In this document: positions 14,377-22,562 of the stretch, one piece after another
How the letters are laid out: the number at the start of each line of letters is the position of its first letter
How positions within the stretch are numbered: the first letter of the stretch is position 1
DNA from: a virus
Taxonomy: Duplodnaviria > Caudoviricetes
Reading direction: 5' to 3' (one strand)
DNA length: 24,107 bases
Virus record (IMG/VR): IMGVR_UViG_3300020045_006365
Coordinates: 1-24,107 of that record
The notes under the pieces: model-generated
What the model saw: only the letters and a program-made list of their open reading frames with translations
Database searches by the model: none
Told to the model about the DNA's origin: nothing
Translations under genes and position numbers: made by a program

Positions 14377-15586
14377 TTGCAAGGCCGGGGCGGCCGGGCG
14401 TTCCGGCCGTTCCAGCCAAGAAGGCACCCGCGCCGCCTGCGCCGTAGCCTGTGCCTGCCGTACCGGCTTGTGCGACGTTCAGCGAGCCGGGGATGCCGCC
14501 GCCGCCCATTTGGCTGTCCGCGCCTTCTCCAGCCACGCCCACATCCGGCCCGGTGCTCCAGCCGCGCCCGCCACGGCGGCCATTGATGCCCAAGACAGCC
14601 ACACCCGTCCCGGTGAGGGTCCACCCGCCGCCGCCATTGCCACCTTCCGAGCCGGTAGTTGACGCGCCCGTATTCCCCGCGCCGCCCGCGCCGCCACCAG
14701 TGATCGCGCCAATTGCGCCCCCAATACTCGTGTCGCCGCCGATGCCGCCATTGCCGCCTGTAGACGCCCCTGCTGCCCCTGCTACGCCTATCGCGATGGG
14801 TACGACGGTTCCTACGGCCAAGCCAGAGAAGTGCCCTTCCAGAAAACCACCAGCTTGACCGCCGCCACCTACCGCGCCCGCGCCGTCTGCACCACCACCA
14901 CCACCACCACCAGCCTGAATGCGGAACTTGAATACAGTGGACGCGTCAGTCCCGACCGGCGTAGTGAAATTGCCGGAAGTGTCGAAAACTGCGACATGCG
15001 ACTGCGGCGCGGCGGCGCTTGCCGAAAGCACACCGACCGAGAAAGAGACGCCCGCGCCGATGGTAACGGGAGACCAAGTGTCTGCGCCCGAACGGTAGTA
15101 TAGGGTGTTGGTCCCTGTGAGTGCTTCAAGGGCGGCCAGATCGTTCGCCAACGCCAGAGTCGGGTTCCCGGCCACGCCGTTACCATTACTGATCGAGATG
15201 CCCGCCGCCGGGGCCGCGATGCTTCGAGCCGTGAACGTGTCGGCCGCCGTCTGTACCAAGAACCCATTGACGTTGTAGGCGGCCAAAGCGTCCAGAACGG
15301 CCGAGTGCGCCTGAACATCGACTCCCGGTGTGAGGTTCACCAAGTCTTTGAACTGCGCCTCGTTATAGGTCGTCAGCAAGTTTCGACCGTAGGGCTCGGT
15401 AGTCAAAGCCCCAATCGCGGTCAGATCGGGATTGAGGGGCTGATACCCATTAAAGGTCTCGACCACAGAGACCAGACTGGCATAGACCTCGGTGAAATTC
15501 GCATTGGTCTTTGTCGCCCAAAGACGAAGGGGGTCACCCGTTCCGTCGTCTGCAACCGTCCCGGTATTGATGATCTGCTGTGCCAC
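14357..15586 (-). CDS. Tail fibre/spike protein with glycine-rich C-terminal domain
   Basis: N-terminal QIINTGTVADDGTGDPLR...TNANFTEVY motif typical of virion fibre attachment domains; Gly-rich C-terminal half; AAGGA RBS before GTG. Confidence 0.8.
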   Translation of the reverse strand: MAQQIINTGTVADDGTGDPLRLWATKTNANFTEVYASLVSVVETFNGYQPLNPDLTAIGALTTEPYGRNLLTTYNEAQFKDLVNLTPGVDVQAHSAVLDALAAYNVNGFLVQTAADTFTARSIAAPAAGISISNGNGVAGNPTLALANDLAALEALTGTNTLYYRSGADTWSPVTIGAGVSFSVGVLSASAAAPQSHVAVFDTSGNFTTPVGTDASTVFKFRIQAGGGGGGGADGAGAVGGGGQAGGFLEGHFSGLAVGTVVPIAIGVAGAAGASTGGNGGIGGDTSIGGAIGAITGGGAGGAGNTGASTTGSEGGNGGGGWTLTGTGVAVLGINGRRGGRGWSTGPDVGVAGEGADSQMGGGGIPGSLNVAQAGTAGTGYGAGGAGAFLAGTAGTPGRPGLAIIEWVQ

Positions 15587-15608
15587 GGTTCGGCGTCCTT
15601 TTGTCTGG

Positions 15609-17528
15609 TTACGCCATCACGTCGTCGAAGTCGAAAGTGATATTGCTGATCTCGACCCCCGTGATGTTGGAGAACATGCAGAAAGTTCCGGGGGGCGCTC
15701 CGGCGCTCGCCTGCCCCGTCACCAAGGGGAGCCACGTCATGTTGGTTGGGAAGCTCAGATTGGCGACCTGTGTCGCGGCTTGCGGCCCGAAAGTGAGTGC
15801 CACGGCGGGTACGTCAAAAGCCGCGATGAAGCAGATCGAGTTCACGACCGGGGACTGGTACTCGATCTTGCAATTCACTTTTCGGACAGAGCCGTGGCAC
15901 TGCCCATAACTGATTGCCTCAATATCAATGTCATTGAATCCGTAGAGCAGCGATCCGGGGGTGATCTCGGTCGCAGGCCATACGGGGACAGGCGCGACAG
16001 GACTGCTTGCGCCGAACGGGACGGTGCAGGGAGGATTCCAGTGCGTGTTGGCGATGACCACTTCGTTGTGCGGCTGGCCCAAGTCCTGCGGCTGCATACC
16101 GCTGCCGTACTTCAAGGTCGGGATGCCCCAATACACGATGTCCCCGATGGCCCCGCCGAGGAATAGCCCGAACTCCAGTGAGGGTGCGTTTTTGTCGATC
16201 ACCTTTTCAACGATTAGGAACTGATAGTTGTTGTTGTCCGCGTCTACATAGGACGACCCAACAGCGGCCGGGCTGCTGACAACTCCGACTCCGTCATTGA
16301 TGTAAAGGCTGACGTTGTTTGCGCCAACTTTTTGCCGGATCATGCAGCCGAAGCTCACTCGGCGGCCACGCATTTCGCCGAGAGCTTTGGCCGGAAACTT
16401 GGGACGCCAATAAATCGCTTCGCCCGCCCCGGTGGTCTTGCGCATACCGAGCACGCGGATAGCACCCGGACAACGATTCCCCGGATGATCGTCCGCCCAG
16501 ATATACAGGGGAGTGGACTTCAACCAGCCGCCGTCTGGCCCCACTACCGACGTGCCCGGCTGGTCCATGCAGACCACATGCGAGATCAAGCCGGAGCTAT
16601 CCGGGCTGACCTTGTTGAAGGGCAACTGGCATTTGAAACTGACGTTCGGCACGATGCCGAATACACGGAGGCCGTAACCTGTCAGCCCTCCGTGGGAAGG
16701 ACCGAAGGTGATGATGCAGCCCTCGTAGAGTTCACTGGTGTCTGGGCACAGGAAGGTCGGCTGATTGTTCGCTGGAGAATGCCCGCTGGTGAAAATCTCC
16801 GCTTTCCTAGCCGTCCCGTCTTCCCGCATCCCCGTGGTGGAGTTCGTGGCGTAGGGCAGGGATGACCAAAGCTGCCAGTTGGTATTGGGGAGCATATTGT
16901 CCCCGGATACTCGTGTGATCCCACCTTGCAGACGATCCAAAGGCACGGAGTTAGCCGCCAGCTTGGAGCCCGACAGCCCGGTTGCGATCTTGGCGTTGGT
17001 AACCGAAGCATCTTGATACTTCGCCGTGGTCAACGAGCCGTCGGCAACAGTCACGCCCGGCAGGAACAGGGTCCAGAAAGTACCTTCCTCGGGGGTTTCA
17101 CCTGTGCTCGGCTCAAGGCTGAACCAGATGCTCCCGCCGTACTCGACGAATGATCCGGCAACGTAATTGGCCTCGTCGTCATAAGGTCCTTCGACCCGGA
17201 GTTGAGTATCCAGATTCCATGCGCCGTCGATGAAGGCATAGTACCCGGAATCGAAGCGATTGAACATGCGCCAGCCCGGCGACGGCACGTAGAACACCCA
17301 CGCGCCTTCATCACGAACGGCGATCCGATTAACGTTCGCCCCGGCGGTCAGAATATAGGAAACGCCTTCTGCGGGAAGCTCTGGAAGAACCGACACGAAG
17401 CCGAAAAAGGACCCCTGCACCAGTGATGACAGCTTCAGAAGGTTGGAGTCCATTCCATCCTTCCATGAGTTTTCTCCGAGCGCCCAATCTGCCGAAAGTC
17501 CGAGGCCCGGAAGCTGCCGAGATGCCAT
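15609..17528 (-). CDS. Tail fibre / receptor-binding protein with DUF2793-like N-terminus
   Basis: GMDSNLLKLSSLVQ...PAEGVSYIL...IAVRDEGAWVFYVPSPGW (DUF2793-like); VTNAKIA fibre repeats; beta-rich C-terminal region; AGGAG RBS. Confidence 0.8.
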   Translation of the reverse strand: MASRQLPGLGLSADWALGENSWKDGMDSNLLKLSSLVQGSFFGFVSVLPELPAEGVSYILTAGANVNRIAVRDEGAWVFYVPSPGWRMFNRFDSGYYAFIDGAWNLDTQLRVEGPYDDEANYVAGSFVEYGGSIWFSLEPSTGETPEEGTFWTLFLPGVTVADGSLTTAKYQDASVTNAKIATGLSGSKLAANSVPLDRLQGGITRVSGDNMLPNTNWQLWSSLPYATNSTTGMREDGTARKAEIFTSGHSPANNQPTFLCPDTSELYEGCIITFGPSHGGLTGYGLRVFGIVPNVSFKCQLPFNKVSPDSSGLISHVVCMDQPGTSVVGPDGGWLKSTPLYIWADDHPGNRCPGAIRVLGMRKTTGAGEAIYWRPKFPAKALGEMRGRRVSFGCMIRQKVGANNVSLYINDGVGVVSSPAAVGSSYVDADNNNYQFLIVEKVIDKNAPSLEFGLFLGGAIGDIVYWGIPTLKYGSGMQPQDLGQPHNEVVIANTHWNPPCTVPFGASSPVAPVPVWPATEITPGSLLYGFNDIDIEAISYGQCHGSVRKVNCKIEYQSPVVNSICFIAAFDVPAVALTFGPQAATQVANLSFPTNMTWLPLVTGQASAGAPPGTFCMFSNITGVEISNITFDFDDVMA

Positions 17529-17552
17529 GGTTTTTCTCCTAGTTCGTCTGTG

Positions 17553-19760
17553 TCAGGTTGCTATCAGGACTTTAGTTGCGGCCTGTAGCGAAAGCAAGCC
17601 ATCACGGGCCGCCCGGACCTCGTATGAGATTGTCGGCCCGGTGACATCGGCATCATCATAAACGACAGTGTACGCTGTGCCTGTGAGCCCGGTGGCGGTA
17701 TAGAAGACACTGCCATCGCTGTTTTTCAAGATGATGGTTGTAGTCTGCCCGTCTTCTGGTGCCACACTACTAGCGTCCCAACGTAGCGCCTGAGAGGTCT
17801 CTACCAGACGGTTCCTGTTGCTCCACGTAAAGGCCAAGTTCGCGCCAGCTACCACAGATGTTGGCCCGAACAGAACACCGTTCACCTTGACGTTGGCAGG
17901 CCGCAGAGGAAGATGCTGCCGATCCGTCACCGTGTACTCGACAACGGGAGCGGCGGTCTCGGCCAAAGTCCCCTTGGACGTTTGGGACAGATATTTATAG
18001 CGCACCAGTTGCCCGGACGCCCTCGCCGCTGAATCGAATACGGTTCTGCTCACCGGGAAAAACCAGATTGGCGTGCCGGAAGGCCACGCGCGCGGAACGG
18101 TATCCAGAATGCCTCGATAAAGTATCGGTCCGTCTGCGGTGACGCTCTGAACAACGGCCCATTCTGCGGTGCTGTCCTCTGCTCCGAGCCGCACAATTGC
18201 GCCCACATCGGGGCCGACGTTCCCGAAGAAATTGAGTACCGGGGCCAATATGCTCTCGGCTTCCTGCGCCATAGCGGCGCTGGTGGTCGCCCGGCCAGCC
18301 AAGATGAAAACGCCAGCAGACCGGAACGCCTGATTGCCCGACACGTCAACGCCTTCAGCCAGTAGCTCGTAGCCTCGGGTGTCGCGGTTGTTCTGCGAGC
18401 CCAGCACCACGTCATACGCCTGCGGGTACTCCATGGCTTCGGCCGCCGGATCGCCGTACAGCCGCGCCACAAAGAAATAGGGCGCAGTCATTACGCGGGT
18501 GAAGAACATCACCGTCGGCAGTGCGCTCGGGTCTTCCCACCCCGTCGAAGGCGGGTCGATGTACGGCGTGGTGGTGATGGCGAAAATGTCTTCGATCAAG
18601 TTCACTTTCAAGGCCGGGTCGTTGGCCTCGCCATAGCTGATCTCCCCCACCCGCATGGGGATGTCTTGCAGCGAATGCTCCGGCCAATTGACCTTGACCA
18701 CTTCGCCCGGCACTAGGTCCCACAGAGTACGATCGACCTCAACGTTGCACGAGGCCAAGGGGAACGCGGCTACAGAAAGATCGCGGGTGGCTACCCGCGC
18801 CGCTAGATTGGCATTCCTGATTCCGTAGTAGTTCCGAGAGCCGGACACGACCCCCTGCTGCGCAGCAATGTTGCCCAGATCGTGGACGGTGATGGTCTCT
18901 TCCTGCTCGTTCTCAGGATTGGTCCATGTGACATTAAGCTCGTTTACCGTCTCGCCCCAAGCCTTGCGCTCGAAGTTGGTCATCACCGCATTGGTGGGGT
19001 CGATCACCCGAAGGGTTTCGAGATTGTAGTCCCCGCGCGTGAGCTTCAAGGTCAACAGCCCGGTACGAGGGCTCAGGTAAAAATTGGCTTCAATGTGGTC
19101 TAGGATTTCTTGAATGAAAGCCTTCACCGTGGTCTGGCCGGTCCACGCCAACGACAGACCGAAGCCTTCGTTGTAAAGGGTGTCGGCGGCCGCGCGCAGG
19201 GCCGGTAGGTCCACTTCAGCTTCAGAGCCCCCCATGCCCCAATCCGCATTCATCATGCACTCGTAGATGATGTGAGCCGGATTGGCGTCTGGGCCAATGG
19301 CCGCTTTTTCAGGGTAGAAGCTGGAAGGGAACCGCTCGACGCGGAACCACGGGGACTTCAGATAGGGGCTATTTGCCCCCCAATACCAGCCGGATCGAAC
19401 CGGGGATACGCCGACGCCGCCTGTGAAAAACGCCGAGAGAAACCCGCGAAAGCCCGGCAGAGTGGCGGCCGTGCCGCCCATCTTGTTCGCCAACTCTTCT
19501 GGCAGGACTTGCGAAGGGGAGCCATCCAATACGAACAACCGACCACTGACGCCGCCTTCAGCACGGATGCCGCCGAATAGGTCTTCTTTGCTCAGGTCCA
19601 TGCCACCGACGCTGGTTCGGCCAGACCACACCAGCTTCTCACCGATCCACAACTCGGTGATAACATTCCCCGGCCCGTGGCAAATGCCAAAGTGCATGGA
19701 CAGGTGATAGCGGGCTACGCTCTGTTTTGCGCCACCGCCGCCGCCGAACAAATTGCCCAT
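17553..19760 (-). CDS. Tail tip / central fibre protein (Phage-tail_3, gpJ-like)
   Basis: YHLSMHFGICHG, DLFGG...EGGVSG, ANPAHIIYE, AADTLYNEGFGLS, RGILDT.P..WP.GT motifs; position after the hub genes. Confidence 0.88.
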   Translation of the reverse strand: MGNLFGGGGGAKQSVARYHLSMHFGICHGPGNVITELWIGEKLVWSGRTSVGGMDLSKEDLFGGIRAEGGVSGRLFVLDGSPSQVLPEELANKMGGTAATLPGFRGFLSAFFTGGVGVSPVRSGWYWGANSPYLKSPWFRVERFPSSFYPEKAAIGPDANPAHIIYECMMNADWGMGGSEAEVDLPALRAAADTLYNEGFGLSLAWTGQTTVKAFIQEILDHIEANFYLSPRTGLLTLKLTRGDYNLETLRVIDPTNAVMTNFERKAWGETVNELNVTWTNPENEQEETITVHDLGNIAAQQGVVSGSRNYYGIRNANLAARVATRDLSVAAFPLASCNVEVDRTLWDLVPGEVVKVNWPEHSLQDIPMRVGEISYGEANDPALKVNLIEDIFAITTTPYIDPPSTGWEDPSALPTVMFFTRVMTAPYFFVARLYGDPAAEAMEYPQAYDVVLGSQNNRDTRGYELLAEGVDVSGNQAFRSAGVFILAGRATTSAAMAQEAESILAPVLNFFGNVGPDVGAIVRLGAEDSTAEWAVVQSVTADGPILYRGILDTVPRAWPSGTPIWFFPVSRTVFDSAARASGQLVRYKYLSQTSKGTLAETAAPVVEYTVTDRQHLPLRPANVKVNGVLFGPTSVVAGANLAFTWSNRNRLVETSQALRWDASSVAPEDGQTTTIILKNSDGSVFYTATGLTGTAYTVVYDDADVTGPTISYEVRAARDGLLSLQAATKVLIAT

Positions 19761-19985
19761 TTACCGCTGCGTCCTTTTGATTTTGTTTCTCACGATGCCT
19801 TGCGCGTGGGCATCTTCGCTTCGCAGAAAAGTGGGGGCGTCGATCCCCTCGGCGAGAAAGAGCTTGAAGTCCAACTGCTCGCTCTCGAACCAGCGCTTGA
19901 CCCCGCGCACGCAATGCCCGGCGGACATGCAGTCCCCGATGGTTATGCGCAGGTCAGAAACATCCGTTTCCTCGAACAGCATCAA
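19761..19985 (-). CDS. Small conserved tail-tip-associated protein
   Basis: ITIGDCMSAGHCVRGVKRWF...LDF..FL.EGI pattern, typical of the gene just upstream of the tip protein in this module type. Confidence 0.75.
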   Translation of the reverse strand: MMLFEETDVSDLRITIGDCMSAGHCVRGVKRWFESEQLDFKLFLAEGIDAPTFLRSEDAHAQGIVRNKIKRTQR

Positions 19986-20299
19986 ACGTCAACCTCGAAT
20001 TGATCCACGCCCTTTTCCCCGTACCACAGGATGTTGGGGCCTTTGATCAGCTTAGTCCCGAACACTACGGCGATAGGTATGCCCGCTTCGGAAGTGGGAG
20101 CTTCAAGATCAGCGGCCGCCGCCGGTTTGTCGCGCTTTGGTTTGGGCGTCAGCGCGTACCCTACAGCGGCAATCGCCAATCCGATAGCCAATTGCACGAA
20201 CAAGGAAACCGGGTCAAACCCGTGTACTCGGTTGGGCTCGAATTTCCCGAACCGCCAAGACAAGAGGGCCAGAAGAAGGAGAAAAGCCACCAGCATCAT
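19982..20299 (-). CDS. Small tail assembly protein
   Basis: APTSEAGIPIAVVFGT..IKGPNILWYG motif; AAGGA RBS; start ATG 20299 or TTG 20302. Confidence 0.78.
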   Translation of the reverse strand: MMLVAFLLLLALLSWRFGKFEPNRVHGFDPVSLFVQLAIGLAIAAVGYALTPKPKRDKPAAAADLEAPTSEAGIPIAVVFGTKLIKGPNILWYGEKGVDQFEVDV

Positions 20300-20311
20300 C
20301 AAGATAATTCC

Positions 20312-21148
20312 TTAGACGAATGGCGTCGATAGACCCAACGGATTTTTCAACGGTATGAAGGGCTGGCCGCCGAAATTGTTTATGTTGTTGTGGACATTCA
20401 GGCAATCCTGCCGGTCATGCTTGCACCCTTTGGAGACCGTGAGAGAACCACCTAGGCCGAGGCTGGGCGCTATGCCTGACAGGGTGAGAACTGTCCGGCC
20501 TCCCACCACCACCGCTTGAAGGACCGTCCTGATTTCGTACCGCCCGCCTTCTCCCTCCCACTCGATTATGCCACCGGCAAACTGCGCGGTGTTGACGAGG
20601 GTGGTCGCAAGCGTGATGATCCTGCCTTGCACGGAAAAGACAACCCCCGGCACCGTGGCTGCGGCCTTATTAGCCCGGCAGCGAGGCCCATACAGTACGT
20701 GCGAGCACATGTACTGCCAGTTGCGGCGCAGCCCGACCCGATTAAGGGAGATCGTTGCGGGTTCGCAGGTCAGCACGGCGTCGTCGGCCCGAGCGCAGCT
20801 AAGCACTGTCCCCATCCAAACCAGCTTGTAGTCCTGCCCGGCATCGTCCTCGTGGCCCTCGAACACGACGCCCCGGACAGGGTGGCTTGGAGGGTATATG
20901 CGGAATAGCTCTGGCAGTTCTTCATCCAGAGGCATGTTGACGGTCATGGCCGTTTTATCGGTGAAGCTGGAAGACGTGATGTCGCTTCGCTTGATCGGGA
21001 CAGGCTTGTACACGTCTCCAGCGTACTCGATTTCCCGCTCTGAATCCGTGTAGCAAAGAACATCCTGCGGCCTGACGCCGTAGATGAACCGATACAGATT
21101 TATCGGTTCTCCTGATTCTAGGCTCTCTTCGTAGAGCTTGAAACTCAT
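20312..21148 (-). CDS. DUF2163 / phage BR0599-family tail hub protein (gpL-like)
   Basis: CSHVLYGPRC and C-terminal GCKHDRQDC...NNINNFGGQPFIP cysteine motif. Confidence 0.9.
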   Translation of the reverse strand: MSFKLYEESLESGEPINLYRFIYGVRPQDVLCYTDSEREIEYAGDVYKPVPIKRSDITSSSFTDKTAMTVNMPLDEELPELFRIYPPSHPVRGVVFEGHEDDAGQDYKLVWMGTVLSCARADDAVLTCEPATISLNRVGLRRNWQYMCSHVLYGPRCRANKAAATVPGVVFSVQGRIITLATTLVNTAQFAGGIIEWEGEGGRYEIRTVLQAVVVGGRTVLTLSGIAPSLGLGGSLTVSKGCKHDRQDCLNVHNNINNFGGQPFIPLKNPLGLSTPFV

Positions 21149-22560
21149 TATGGTCTCCCACCATAGTCCAACCCATAGGCCCGGCCATAGCCAGAGGGAG
21201 AAATCGTAGAATCCCCCAAGTCCTCAAGGCTGGTGAACGTCAAATCAAACTCGGCCACGCTGTCCGTCAGCCACGAGAAGCTGATCATATCAGTAGACAA
21301 CCGAGAAGCCATTAGCCACGAAACGGCCCGGACATCAGACATAGCGATGTCTTCCGGCCAAGGGTCGCGCACGGTCACCACCGTTTGCAGATCAACGAGG
21401 TCCGAGCCACCATAATCGAAACCGTAGGCGCGGCCATACCCCGCCGTCGATAGGCTGATGTCGGAAACCCGGTTCGGAAAATAGCGACCGTCCTTGGTCA
21501 CAAGGATAATTCTCTGGCGAGACGGATCATCAGAAAGAAAACGGGCAATCTCCAAATACGAAGAGAACAACTGGTTAGTACCGGCCACGACGTTTGCCGA
21601 CAACGGCAGATCATTTTCCCACGTAGGAGTGTAGAACATGCCACGTCTTCCGCGCATTCTTGAGAAAAAGCCTTCTACATATTCAGCTTCAGCCCTGTTG
21701 CGGCCTAGGTATCTAGCCTTCTGAATGCGTCTATTGTAGTTCTCAGGGCGAAAAGTTCGGATTGCGCCACGACCGTAATCGAGCGTGTCGATCTCTGCCT
21801 CGATATTCATGTCGAGGGGCTGAACCCAATTTGGCTTTTTTAGAAAAAGCTCTACCTCGTCAAAATAGTCAACGGGCTCGCCGACCGGACGAAATTGTTC
21901 TGATAGCGGATCAACTTGGAAATCAAGGGCCGCTTCAGCCGCTTCACTGGTGTACTGCCGATAGCCAAAACTGTCACCCAAACGCCCTATAAAGAGCGGT
22001 GCCATCTTCGTGCCGACAGGCCAATTTATAGCGTCAGTATCACTGAAATGAATCGTCGAGCCTTCGACCCGTTGTACCTTTCGTGCGCCTGCGGACCCTC
22101 GATATTCGAGAGACACCCACGCGCCAAAGACCAGCCAATACGGCGTCTCTGAGACCTCCAGCACCGTAGCGCCCGCGAAAAGGGGGTTCACCAGTGTAAG
22201 GCTCTTGGTGGGGTCTGAGAATAGGAACAGATTGCCGAGCCAACCGGAGATGGCTGTCTTGAATGCTTGGCCTTTGCCCTGCGCGAGCAAAACGCTGAAG
22301 TCGAATCGCTTTCGCGCCGTCTTACGCAAAGCCCGCCGCTGCTCGCGCCCAGATCGCGAGCGAACGATAGTGGTCTTGTACTCCAGTTGAACCACGAACG
22401 GAGACTTCCAGTTGATCGGCGTTTCCATGTACATGGCTGGAACGCCAGACGATACCGCCCCTGTCGAACTGTCGGCCGTGAACTCGGTGCTGTCTGCCCG
22501 GTAAAAAGAGCCATCCGCAGTGGGGGCGTCTACGCGGCCTACTTCAAGGATTCTTGCCAT
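21148..22560 (-). CDS. Distal tail (Dit-like) protein
   Basis: Directly after the tape measure gene; INW...LEYKTTIVRSRSGREQRRALRK.AR and FFSRMRGR..FYTPTW motifs. Confidence 0.8.
   Translation of the reverse strand: MARILEVGRVDAPTADGSFYRADSTEFTADSSTGAVSSGVPAMYMETPINWKSPFVVQLEYKTTIVRSRSGREQRRALRKTARKRFDFSVLLAQGKGQAFKTAISGWLGNLFLFSDPTKSLTLVNPLFAGATVLEVSETPYWLVFGAWVSLEYRGSAGARKVQRVEGSTIHFSDTDAINWPVGTKMAPLFIGRLGDSFGYRQYTSEAAEAALDFQVDPLSEQFRPVGEPVDYFDEVELFLKKPNWVQPLDMNIEAEIDTLDYGRGAIRTFRPENYNRRIQKARYLGRNRAEAEYVEGFFSRMRGRRGMFYTPTWENDLPLSANVVAGTNQLFSSYLEIARFLSDDPSRQRIILVTKDGRYFPNRVSDISLSTAGYGRAYGFDYGGSDLVDLQTVVTVRDPWPEDIAMSDVRAVSWLMASRLSTDMISFSWLTDSVAEFDLTFTSLEDLGDSTISPSGYGRAYGLDYGGRP
21157..21441 (-). 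repeat. Duplicated peptide GYGRAYG[F/L]DYGG in the distal tail protein
   Basis: Copies at 21406-21441 (internal) and 21157-21192 (C-terminal); 11 of 12 residues identical, with synonymous codon differences. Confidence 0.9.
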
Positions 22561-22562
22561 AG

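Noticed and set aside
14451-14858. Proline-rich + strand ORF
   Set aside because: Antisense reading of the glycine-rich fibre domain
14891-14911. (ACC)7 trinucleotide run as a phase-variable repeat
   Set aside because: It encodes an in-frame poly-Gly stretch normal for this domain; length change would not switch the frame
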